Positions 38,001 to 50,193 of a stretch of DNA of 64,000 nt are shown here, piece by piece; the stretch's first letter is position 1; each line of letters begins with the position of its first letter. A model generated the notes under the pieces. It was not told the origin of the DNA. It worked only from the letters and a program-made list of their open reading frames with translations, and did not search any database. Origin of the DNA: Ascidiella aspersa (taxonomy: Eukaryota). The position numbers were made by a program, and so were the translations under genes. The stretch spans positions 19,716,001 to 19,780,000 of the forward strand of contig OZ004611.1 of the NCBI GenBank assembly GCA_963924565.1, read 5' to 3'.

Positions 38001-39430
38001 AATAGATTGCTTTTTCGCGGAAATAGGGTCAACTGCTCTTGAATATGTTGTGCTCGAGGTTTTATTGTCAGCCTAATTCGAGTTGCGCAGCAGGGGCCCG
38101 ATGTTACAAGCACATATGCTAATTTGTACAAGTCAATAGTGTAAGCAGATATAGTCGTAGCAAGGCATTGCGTCGTTTTTGCAAAGCGCATTGGCCAAAA
38201 AGTGTTTGCGTTTCTTCACTTAAAATTACAAAAAATCAAGGTTTAGAAGCCATCAGAATGAGCTGATTGATCAACTTGCAAAACTAATTGGGCAAGTACC
38301 AAGCTTCTTATATGCCCGCGATTGTTGCGACTAAACAAAATTGTACCAAAGATGTAGCGTACTTCGAGTTGCATTATGTAGGAAGGCGCGACAGGCCAGT
38401 TAAGCGTTTAGTATGTTAGTCAAATATAATGTTTGCAAAGATGTGGGGCGCTTACTTTGCTTCGAAGTGTGTGACAACTTTCGCTATGGACACCCAAACA
38501 AAATTTCGCGTGTGAACAACGCACTGAAAAGAAATGCTTTTACGCTACAATTATTTAATTAAAACAAACACATTGTGTTTAGCAGTATTATTGAGCTAAA
38601 CCTTTTTTTAAACTAAAAAAGGTGATTCATTTAGCAATTTCTAAACGTTTAGAAAATTTAAATTATAAATAGCCATAGAAAATAGTTATCATAACTGAAA
38701 ATTCTTTGTGGAGCTACCGAATGACAAGCGTATAAAAAAACTAAGATCGGCCTCCAAGATTAAAAATAATAAGCTTGCCGTCATACTGTATTACCTCGAC
38801 AAGGACAGTCTGAAGACTTTTCAACCGTTGGATCTGCTATCTCTATATGATAGCAAAATAACAAAAAGAGTTATCGGCGAAAAGCTAACAGGCCGCTTGC
38901 TCCCAGCAGGAAGGCAGAGTCACCAGGGATTGTTAAATCCTCAAATAGGACAGTGATGTTGCTGAATGCGATCAATTGGCGTTCAATGGCGACAGTTCTT
39001 TAAAAGCCTCTCTGTCTCTCTTGAGACTTGTTTTGACAAAAACAAGAATAACGAAACACAAATAGTTTAAACACGCTTGCTGGAGTGGTAAACCAAGTTA
39101 TGACTCGTGGTTGGAGCATAGTTGATTAGTATTTTATTTCTTTATTTATTTTTCGATCCATTGAAATTCATCATGTCATTACAAACGGAAGCCTGGCCAC
39201 CCATCTATGATCATGAGCCATTTTCTGTGAATTATGTATGGGAGATCTCACATTGAAATAACACACGACATAGATTACTAAGTATTGCAACCGCAAAACC
39301 ATTTAATGTATTTTTTAAATAGTTGCTAACTTAAATAACACGTTTATGATAACGTGACGTCATCAAACCATTATTCTTTAACATAACTGTTGTTTTCCAG
39401 CCAACACATGCGCAAGTAACCTTAGGTGAC

Positions 39431-39700
39431 CAGGAACGCCGGAGAAGGAGGGCGCGGGGGGCAAAAGTGCCCTTTTTATGAAAAAAGAGCTACGGAAAAA
39501 TGCAAAAAAATCGTAAAATGACATGGTTGACATTTGTTAAAACAATTTTGGTACCATTTTAAGCCAATCTACATTTTAAGCCAATCCAATCTAGTACCCC
39601 CGAGCCCCCAATATTTCGGCTCGCTACGCTCGCCTGCGGTCTATGTTGCCCTTACCAAAAAAGTCGCCCCCCTTACCCTGAAATCGCTCCGGCGTCCCTG
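39431..39700. mobile_element. DNA-transposon MITE (CAGG termini)
   Basis: TIR caggaacgccggag/ctccggcgtccctg. Flanks ggtgac/ggtgaa form a partial TSD. Confidence 0.75.
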
Positions 39701-40750
39701 GGTGAAACCCGGTATAATTGCACTTTTGGGTTTAAATTGGTTAAACTTTCAATTTAAAATGATACATAAACGTATTAGGCACAGAAAATATTTCACATCT
39801 CTCTCGAAATAATGGCCTTCATACTCCAGTTTAAGACAAAATGCAGTTTATAGAGTATAAGAGTCACACGGCCCAACGTGCCATGGTATGCAAATTGCAT
39901 AAGCTAAATAGATTTCCTCAAAACGAAAAAAAGCTAAAAAAAATTGAAAAAGAAATCCTTAAAAAAAGCAAAGAAGTCACAAACGGCCCAAAAACAAAAT
40001 AAAATCTACTTACATAATAAAATCTGCAATGGCTTTCAGTGTACATAATAAAAGTTATTATTATAGTTTGTTGGGGTATGTAAAGGCAATATTACAGTGT
40101 GTAGGGTATGTGAAACTATGTTGTTTTAGTTTTCCATATGAAACAATTTTTAGTGATTAATTCAGTTTAGGTGAAAAATCATTACTGTACCGGGAATCTA
40201 TGTTTGCTGTTTTATTAAAAGGAACATATAATGGCATACTTGACGGCTTGAAAACTTAATTTGGTTCTGTAAATTAAGGTTTTGATTAGAATACCTCTTT
40301 GGTAATATTGGTGGAAAGGTCTGTGAACAATATGATATGATGTTACGCCACAAAGGCATTAAAAGAACGCCATTCCTGCCCCGGAACGAAATGTGCTATC
40401 AGTTTTGCAGGCATAGCGCCTCGAGAATTTGTCTCGGATTTAGGGATTTGGGTGCGCACCGTTTTTTTTTCTTTGTTTTGACCTGCTTTTTAAGGATGCA
40501 AGCTGGTAAGTTTAATATCGCAGGATGTCAAACTAGGATTTACTTTGTAACAAGAGTGAGCGCTAGAGTTACCGACCGTCTTTTGGCCTTTCGTGGGATC
40601 AGGGTCTTGACCTTTTTATGACTTTTATGCGTTGGCTGTCGGCCGTTATTTGAAAGGCCTCTCCGGGCTTACTGTATGTGTTAAAGAAAATAGTATTATA
40701 AGTGACGTTTTTAGCAAGTTTTGCTCTTGCGTTCCATCGGGCAGATAAAA

Positions 40751-40769
40751 GGGGGGGGGGGGGGGGGGG
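40751..40769 (+). repeat. G19 homopolymer
   Basis: 19 consecutive G. Confidence 0.95.
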
Positions 40770-41459
40770 TTACGTAAACCTGATGCCCAGATAAGCCTAT
40801 AAGACAACAAGTTAATGTTGTACTCATTTTGTTTTTCACAATCTAGAGGAAGTTGTGCGATAGAAGGCTGTTTTCCATCTGGAAAAGATAACCTATCTAT
40901 GCTACTTTTCGTACTTTTTGTTATTAAATTAAAAACTTTTATTCTCTGTTTACAGGAGCTTTGTGCGAAGGTGATATGCGCCTTTTGCAATACATATTTA
41001 CACAGATACTTTAAAGTTATCAGGGTTGACTCGTGTTTATAATGATTGATTGCGTATAATTAGGGCGCAGGTCTGTATTTGCGCGAATATAAGCATGTGT
41101 GTTTGGATTAGGGATAAAAATGCGAATGTGTTTCACTGTTACGTTACCATTTGTATTTGTATCTTTTCAAAGGTTTCAAAGGTTTCAAAGGTCCAAATTA
41201 CATCGCTTGCGTTCTAATGGTTGTGCAGTCGCTCCTAATCGTGTAGTTCGCCTGATTAAGCATTAAAAGGCAATGTTTCGTGTCTCGTTATGTATCAAGG
41301 TTCACACGGCATGTTCGTGGCAAGCTGCTCTGGTGTGCCATTCTTAAAGGTTGTGTTAATCCGAACGCTATAATTTATTTGAATTGCAGCTAAAGCCCCT
41401 TTATTTAGATAAAAATAAATTCTTTATACTGTATATGAAGTTTTACCCGCTTCATTTAA

Positions 41460-41593
41460 CGCTTTATGACGACACAATGGTGATGACAGAGAAATGGCGG
41501 CGAACTGTTGAATTGGGCTTTGGAGTCTGCTGGTTGCTGCTAAACCTAACAGAAGCTTTTGACAACTCTACCAACGGTAAGTTGATATGCTAA
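41460..41593 (+). mobile_element. Decayed CR1/L2-type reverse transcriptase fragment
   Basis: MTEKWRRTVELGFGVCWLLLNLTEAFD resembles the RT domain-3 motif EKWRxxLDxG...LLxDLSKAFD. Confidence 0.6.
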
Positions 41594-41928
41594 GTGCTCT
41601 TTTGGTCGTCCTTTTTGCGGCACCACGGAATGGCCCGCGTTAAACAGGTGCAGCGAGTTTTACAACCGCCGCGAACTGCCCTTTGGCTGAACCGTGCAAA
41701 GGCAATTTACTCCCAAGTCACCAATGTGTTAGTTCATTGCAGTTTTCGTGTGACGTGCGGATGTTGCACAAGCAGTAAACTCGACACTGTTCCTCCTGTT
41801 TTGGCTTAATGAGTTTATACAGCCACTCAAGAACCTTAACGGGACGACTTGGCCTGTGTGATCTTTATGACGCAATAGAGCTACCACGTGCAAAGTCGCT
41901 GCCAAAGTAAAGTCAAATTTGATATTTC

Positions 41929-43220
41929 CAGTGTTGTAAAGAAGTCATTTTGAAATGACTTAGGTCCTATTTAAGTCATTTGAAAAATAACTAAGTCAAG
42001 TCAAGTTCCAGTCAAGTCGTGGTGAGAGCAAGTCATGTTATTGATATAAAAGTAAAACTGTTAAACTATTAAAATTGGTAAACTCGTACGATTATTAGCA
42101 ACAATTTAACTAAAAAAATAACACAAACGTTATATACAGCATTAATAGTGTTTAATGTGCAAAACTTGAGATAAATTCTAATTAAAAACACTTAATTTAA
42201 TCCCAAGTTATTTGACAAAATGACTTGAACGCACTTAAGTCAACTCATGCATTACAACTAGGGATGTTCAAAGTAGAATCCCAAGGTATTCTAGAATAAT
42301 AGGTTTCGAATCTAGAATAACGAATCCAGAATAGCGAATCCTAGTATATTTTTATTAAATTATTTATCCTCAATTTTGTTTGGGGAAGGGATTAATCTTA
42401 ATCTACCCTACAGGGCCCACAATCACAGCAATAAATCGCCCAAACAATTTGCTAACATGTGTACATTATAAAAAAATCTCCCATATGTTTAGCATTCTTA
42501 ACAACTGTCATCTGAAGCCGTTCTGTAAACTGTAATATTTAAACTGTCCAGGTTGTTGCCAAAACTTTTTGCCAATAGTGAGTACAATGCAACACTGCAC
42601 ACAGAAGTCTTAAGCAATTCGGTCCTGTTTTTGAAAGTATTGTTGAGTCTTCTTAGTGATTCTTTTTTGACTAGTCAAATGATGTACTGCAAAGAATACA
42701 AAGTTACTATTGATATAACGAATTCTTGACAATTACGTTGTGCATAACTGCATAACTTCGCTGAATATTGGCCTAAAGTTGACCTTAAGTAACCCCATAG
42801 AGTATTTTGTGGGCGGCCAGCACGTTTTGCAACGTAATATTACTTTTGCAACTTAACACATTTAGGGAATTTGCGAACTCCACACCAGACATTACATGTT
42901 AGCCTCTCGCCCAATAACGCTTGATTGACACTTAATTATTAGACGAACGTTATCGCGAGACGCGGTAATTGGTCGCCCAAAAAACGCTGACACTGCACTA
43001 CCAGGTTACATTTAAAGCAAGCACTATAAATTGGTCGCCGCAGCGACAGGCCAACTTACCACACGCGTTTGTACAATTAGGCGCGACGGTCGGCGGTAAA
43101 ACGTTAAATTATATCGGTTCCAATTACCCGAAATAAACGGCAGAATTGGATTCGAATCTCATCTGGATTCGAATCCAAGGATTCGATATTGTACTTTGAG
43201 CATCCCTAATTACAACACTG
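41929..43220. mobile_element. Outer hAT MITE (AAGTC subterminal repeats)
   Basis: TIR cagtgttgtaa/ttacaacactg, perfect TSD gatatttc. Related AAGTC-rich copies near 32400-32586 and 57090-57220. Confidence 0.92.
42259..43208. mobile_element. Inner non-autonomous hAT element (TAGGGATG termini)
   Basis: TIR tagggatgttcaaagta/tactttgagcatcccta, GAATC repeats, perfect TSD attacaac. Confidence 0.95.
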
Positions 43221-45234
43221 GATATTTCTGCACAAGCGTATTTTGTATACTTTGTGCTTATGTCGGTGATTCACTTCGAATGAAAGCCACTTGTGATAAA
43301 CATATTTCCGGGCGACTATTGACTGCAAAAATACTACGACTTGGTGATTGTTTCAAGAATAAACGTCCTTGCAATAAGTGTCAAAAAATCCCACATTCAA
43401 GTGTTAAGCGGCAAGCTTCAGCGGTGTTTTGATTTCGAACCTAAATTAACCGTTTTATGTAGGTTTAAAAGGCACAAAACTTTCCTTCTTTGCAGTCAAT
43501 GTTCTGCGACATCCCAGTCAACTGTAAATCTAATTGTGTCAACAGTTGGCTGCGGCCCGTGGCTCGTTCAGTAAATCGCGACCACAAATTGTTTTGTTAT
43601 CCTTTCAACCGCGTCGCGGTCTCATCCATCACCAAGTCCACGAAGGCGGCTTGAATGCAAGTTGTTTGGTTAAACGCAACTTTCTTGCTCAATTTGTCAC
43701 GAAGTGTGTTATCTTAGTATGGACCACAATCGGTATGCTGGCTTCAGGACTTCCTTTTTTTTAATTTAGCTGCATGTTTTTGTTTACTCGCGCACATGGA
43801 ACGCGATACTATGCGAAAAACCCAAGCTGCGCGATTTACGTTTTACGAGGAATGGCACATATTACCAGACAGTCAAACTGATCGAGTAACGGGTTGCGAT
43901 CTTACTCGTCTGAGTAAAGTATTGTGCACTAGAATTTTTAGGGTAACGCGTGACCAACCACGCGAAATTTATCCGAGTACTATACTGGCCCGAGTAATGA
44001 GTAAGGCGCTGTTAGGTTATGCAGAATTTACCCTAATACTAGACTCACATTAATGGCGATTTTGGCGCGAAAATCTAAGTATATGCGGACCTAAGTACGT
44101 GCTTATATACTGGCCCAATGACCCCCAAATCTCTATAGTTTTGAAGCAATCCACAACATTTCCTTTGTGCATTTTGCCAAAGCCGTTAAAAGTAGTTTCA
44201 TGGAATAAAATTAATAGCAGGAGAAATATATTCCACCGATTGCCCGACAAGTGTTGACATATCGTTGATAAAATCGGCAAGGAATGGTTTAGCGTTGCAT
44301 ACGACGGTAGCAAAATCGTTTCATCCATACGCTCAGCTTGGCATGTTTAAAAAGCCTCATAAAACTGTCAAATGAGTTTTTCTGCACCACTATATATTAA
44401 ATCACATGACTTTGTGTTTTAAGAAGAAACTACTATAACGTAGATTGCAAATTAAAGCCTACTTAAATTGACATGTAATAAAAAAAAACCTCAAAACTGT
44501 TAAATTTGTACTTGTTAAGATATTATATAATGAATTACATTAAGTTGTGGTTGAAAGTTAAAGAATAAAAAACAATAACATAGAATGTAGATTAAAGCCT
44601 ACATAAATTAGCATGTAAAAAGTCACTTAAGTCTGATTTGTATTCCTTCACCATTGTATAATAAATTACATGACATGTGCTTAAAGATCAAAATGTAATT
44701 GCATAGATTACAGCTTAAGCTTGCCTAAATTGGGTTAATTCAATCCAGGCCCCCTAATGTGTGCTAAGGTATTTTTTGCCTGAGTTTGGACCGCGGATTT
44801 TATTTTTGCCCTACCTTGCCGTTGTCAAACTTATCGTATAACGCCGCTCGGTCGCTCGCACATAAAAGCATGCTGAGGGCTTTTGCGGGGTCGAAAATAG
44901 GTCAAACGCGAAACGTCCCGGACAGTTATATTTCCGCCACATCGCAAACGCGTTGCACGTCTGCCTTGCGGCTTAAGTGAGTGCGACACCGAGCCGATAT
45001 CAGAGAGAACTTCGTTACAAATCGAATAAACCGGGACAGCTGTCGAGACCGTGGCCAAAATGACATCGCAATCGATTGCCGCTTGCCGAACACCGAAAGC
45101 GCGCGCCTCGATTTCTTTATTGTCGAAGTTTACCGCAGGCGGATCGCGCCTTTTATCACGTGCACTCTTGGATCGATATGATCGAATGTGTTTATCTGTA
45201 TATCGTATGCTAAAGTTTGTGTGTGACTCTATGG

Positions 45235-45757
45235 CAGAGGTGTCCAACACGCGACCGGCGTACAAATGTGGCACGCAACCTAATAAATATTGGCACGCAA
45301 ACCCCCGGAAAATACTAAATTTGTTAGACAGCCAATTGCCATTGTTTATTCACAGTATAAAATAATCGCGGCAATCACGACAACTAACAATTACTTTTGA
45401 TATTATAAAATTATACTGTAGTGGAGGCTAGCATTCACTTAACTATAATAGCTTGGTGTGAAGAAGCGAAAGTCAGCTCACCGACGGACACTTGATGCAG
45501 AAATGCGCATTTCTACTACACAACTTAAGGCCAATCTATCTTTAGATATGGCTGAAAACAAAGTTTGCCAAGCGGCAATTTGGTCAATTATGAATGGTTT
45601 ACTTGATTAAGTAAACAAATGTTTTTTCATGTGTAAATAAATGTTTTTTCGAAAAAGGCGCTTTTAAGATTAAAAAGAATTGTTACGAAACTTTGGCACG
45701 GCAAGAAGTTATCAGATAAAAATTGGCACGCCGGCTTGTTTGAATTGTACATCCCTG
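45235..45757. mobile_element. hAT MITE (tggcacgc subterminal repeats)
   Basis: cagaggtgtccaa...ttgtacatccctg. Partial TSD ctctatgg / c---atgg. Confidence 0.75.
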
Positions 45758-47848
45758 CATGGCGTACTTCTGTCGGTTCGGCAAACGACATGCCAACGTC
45801 ATGAACAATTTCCCTTTGTAAAAGTTGGAAAGTACAGGCACCGCTTCTTGACCCCATAACGTATCGAATAAGGTACCAGGTCGCGAGACGAAAAAGGTGT
45901 GAAGTCACTGGGCGATGTGCAACCTTGCCCTTCGAATTTGAACACGCCGTAGCAATACAACTTACTCGCTACAGCTTGAATTATTCTTATCAATGCAGCG
46001 GAAGTATTCGGTCGGTGCCCACCCTCCTTTGTCGTTAACAAAGGTCACTTTTTGATCTTTGACAAAATGATTCGTTATCCGAACTAGGTTGCAAAAAACG
46101 ATATGCAGTATATGTTAATGCAATAGCTTAATTGAAAGTTGGAAAACTTACCTTTCTTGGGCGTATAACACAGCGTTAACAGAGTGAGAAAAAATAAATG
46201 TTGTTGTATGAACAAGTAAGCAATCCGAATTTTAAACACGACTTAAAATATCGGTTACTTTTGTCACCATATTGTTTGCCGCTAAATTGAATACGAGTAA
46301 ATCGCGCATGAAGAACGGTCTAAAAACAACTAAAAAGTGTGTAAAGTTTCACTTTAGGAAGTTTGTCTAATACGTTTTTTTCTGACGTACCACGTAGTAG
46401 AAAAGTCCATCTGATTCTTATAGTATTCAAATCTGATGAAAAAAAACAGTAAATAACTTATCAGGGCTGGGCAACAACGTGTGTATTTTTTTTCCTACCA
46501 AGATTTATTTAATGTTTTGTATAGTTTTTCCAAATCACATATTCTCTTCTACTGGCAACAATCCAACAGTTTTTTTCTAATATGCTGCGAAAATATTCTG
46601 TTGCTAATATATATTTATGGGATTACGCACCATTCCCGCTTTTTAATAATTTTTTTACGTATGCGTAGTATTCGACCTTGTTTCGACGCTTAGGGTGCAG
46701 TTGTACCCTTTAAAATGTTTCATGTGAAATTGCTTTGCGTTGAACAAGCAAGCGGAAATTACTAACGATTCGCCTGGCTTGACAAAAGACTGGTTACCTT
46801 TAGCTCGATCCAGTTTTAAAGTTCGCAACGGTTTCGCGTTTCTTTAATCGCCAATACATATGCTTAAGTTAAAATTTCATCTTGGCCAGAAAAAGCAAAG
46901 CGTTTTATTTTAGTGTCTTTTTGAAGAATTTAAAGTCTTACCGTTGATACAGTTATTTGTTGTGTTGTTAATTGTTTTAAATTGGGAAACGATTGTTTTT
47001 TACACGGTAAATCCACAAACAACGGTAGCTTATCGTAACGAAATAAATCAGTCGCGAGTATAAGAATTTATTTCATGAAGACATTTCTTTTTGAATAGTA
47101 AAATACAGTGTTAGGTCTAGCTCGTTGGCAAACGCGCAATCAAAGATGCATTAACATAGAGTTTGGGTAAGCAATATAAAACTTAAAATTTAATATTTTG
47201 TACGACTGGGTGATATCGAGAAATGACAGTTTTTTACAAGGTTGAGTTGACGAAAATCGCTGATGTATTAATTACCCTCTCGAAATTTCGAGTTAGTTGC
47301 TTATACTTTCAACAAGACTTTTTTTTGGCGAGACCAATAAATACTAGTTTTTTGGCGAAGCTAGTATTTATTTCCAAAAAATTACTATAGCCATGAAACA
47401 TGCTGAATTGCCGGTTTAAATAAGGTTTTCCAACAAATTGCAAATTGATCTCGTTAAAAAACGATCATTCCTTATTGGCAAAAGTTAAGGGAACCGCAAA
47501 TTATCCATGGACTGCATCTGTAAAATGAATTTAATTTTTTGTTTTTTTTGTCTGTTTTTGTAACCTTTGCCTGCAACTACCAAGGAAATGTGAAACATCA
47601 TCAAACCCAAACGTAAAAACTCTACTTTCGTTTTACTTGCCGTAAAAAAATGTCCTCTTTTTGTGTGCTAAAATATGGTAGCCCTACCTATAACCCTACC
47701 GCCGGTTGTTCATCATATAAATTTCTAGGCTTCATAACACGCAGCAACGCAAATTAGGCTTATCCAAACTGTCGTTTGCTCGTCAGCTGCTCTGCGACAG
47801 GTTAATCCTGCTTGTTTTTTCAATTGTTTTATACTCTTGAATCTCCAG

Positions 47849-48001
47849 AATATGGATCTTGCGCCCTGGCCGTCCGCCGCTGTGAGTTCTGGGAGTTTCA
47901 GTGCGACAACATGCGATGCATTAACATGCGCAAGTTCTGCGACGGATTTCCAGATTGTCCAGGCGGAGAAGACGAGATACAAGTCAACTACACCGTTCCA
48001 G
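47849..48001 (+). CDS. Exon encoding an LDL-receptor class A domain (small uncharacterised gene)
   Basis: ctccag|...|gtaaga, phase 1-1. CEFWEFQCDNMRCINMRKFCDGFPDCPGGEDE fits the LDLa consensus. Confidence 0.8.
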
Positions 48002-48272
48002 GTAAGATACGTAAATATTCAAGGCGAGTTGTTGCTGATTTGCATGAAATCATGAACCAGCGATCATAAATTTAAGTTACCTGATATGGTGTATCGTATG
48101 TTATTTTTTTTTTTATTCGACGTTTGTACTAATAACTATAGCGCTAATTGATTAGCGCTACGAATAACTATAGCGCTAATCCAAGTTATTTTGATAACGG
48201 TGAGCTTACAATCATTACGATCCGTTTTTAATTGGCTTTTGAAAATCAATTCGATAATTCACTTATTTTTAG

Positions 48273-48310
48273 CTTGTGAAGTGCCGTGTGTTTCCACTTT
48301 GATTCAATGA
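48273..48310 (+). CDS. Probable terminal exon of the LDLa gene
   Basis: ttattttttag-type acceptor. The phase-1 join gives ACEVPCVSTLIQ* and supplies the missing sixth LDLa Cys. Confidence 0.55.
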
Positions 48311-49529
48311 CATTTACGAATGACTATTTAATTTGAATTTTTTCTAAAATTATTGTTTGAAGTTAAATGCGCCTTGGGTCAGTTTGCGTTTAAACCAGTC
48401 GGGTGGATTTAACCGCTCGATGTATCACTCACAACAGAAAAGGTTCGATTTGCAAACGGACGCGTTGCACCAAATCAACATGCGGTGCGTGTTTCACGGC
48501 AATTTGCGATTCGGGGTTGCAATTAGCTTGTAATTGGCCCTTTATGCTTCGAAAATCGATGCCGCTGATTGTCCGCCTCCAATGTTTCTCAGCTAAAGAA
48601 GCGATACAAACGGAGTGATCACCAACAAAAAGCACAATTCTTTAAGGCATCGCGTCGGATGTTTACTGTCGACATTATCCGAAATTTGACGCCGCCATGC
48701 GTTAAATTAGTCATGTTTTAATTTTTTCGCATGTACTTTCGCAAAGGGTTTTATAAAATTGACCATTCAGCTCGAAAACGCGCATGGTGAGTTTAGGACA
48801 TCGTCGTGTATGAGCTTGTATTTGAAAAGGCTAACTTGACGTGCTACACAAGAATAAGATGTACACACAAATGTAAGACTGTCTACAGCAAATTGCCATA
48901 TACTGGTTTAATATCACGCGGTCTCTACGAAATCGCTAAACGGAATAAAAAGTAAATGGAATCAGCAACTTCATAAATCAGTTTTCTTGCAGGCTGGTCG
49001 TTTCCTTAGGTAATCTATCGCTTTTTATATTTTGTTGGCGGCCTCCTAATTTCCGGTGTTGAGTTTCGTGGGTGTGCAGTGCACGGTGACTAACATGCGG
49101 AAAAAAAACAAACATGCGGAAATTATACTATTTGGATACCTATGGTTGTTTAAAAGTGGTGCCACAAGCCTACAAATGCCTTTTTTCTGCCTACAGCCTT
49201 TAAAACCTACATGCCTTTAGCTTATATCCAACGTTCATATGCATTGAGCTGTGTTGACAAAACTGAGTTAAGCGTTTTCAATATACACCTATATTGGAAA
49301 CTTGACTTAGGATATACGTGTTTCTCACACGCGTCACAGTTTTTGTGTGTTTTTCTCTCGCCAGACATAGTTTTCCCAGTAGCTTTACGCAATAGTTTTT
49401 AGAAAACCATCCCGCCACGAAATGTTTCATCAGAAAAAAAACAATTCCCTGTAGGTTCATAGTAACGTCTCTCGTGTGACGAAAACCGATCTTAAACAGC
49501 TATTTTAGTCAATCGTACCCCCACAGGCT

Positions 49530-49734
49530 GTGGTGGGTGGCGGGCGGATTTGACTACGTCACTGGTTGCACGCCGCTGTTTTGTGTTCAATGACGCGAAA
49601 CAGCTCGCAATCTCTCTTTGCTCAAAGCGTTACAGCTGGACTGTTGTTGCTAATGCTGTAGTTATAAACGCTAGGTTGCGATTTGTTGGTTAGTTGATTT
49701 GCTAATACGGTGTTACTTATAAGATTGGTAACAG
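49530..49734 (+). promoter_or_regulatory. Probable promoter and non-coding first exon of ALDH18A1
   Basis: CpG-containing patch with GGGCGG (49542) and ACGTCA/TGACGC motifs. Donor cag|gtaggg at 49735, acceptor aacag| at 50173 just before the ATG. Confidence 0.55.
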
Positions 49735-50193
49735 GTAGGGTTAGCTAACTTGTTAACAATATTTTCGACATGTTGTTATTTTTTGTAGATATACTGCTCA
49801 GCAAAAACGTATATTTTTTATTTGTTGTGCTTGTGCCTATGGTGTTATTGCAAACGTAGTTCTTTTAACAGATTCAGTTTTTATTCTATACTTAATAAGA
49901 TGGTAATATATATATATATATATATAGCCAATGAAATGGCAAAGTAAGAGTTTATTTGCTAGTCAGCTCAGCTTAAGACAGTCATATATATTTTTTAAAT
50001 TGACCCATAGGTCAACCAGATAATCTACAGAGTAGTCAGTAGTATTATGTTTTTTATCCAACATCCCAATATTTTTTACACAAATAATATAGGATTTCAA
50101 GAAATTCTATATATTTAACAGATATATATTTATTTCACTATTGATGACATAAGCATTAATTTTGATTTAACAGGAAAACAGCAGCTAATAAAA

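Noticed and set aside
38708-38956. Possible LTR-retrotransposon gag relic (82-aa ORF)
   Set aside because: Only a vague resemblance, with no LTR, PBS or pol sequence nearby.
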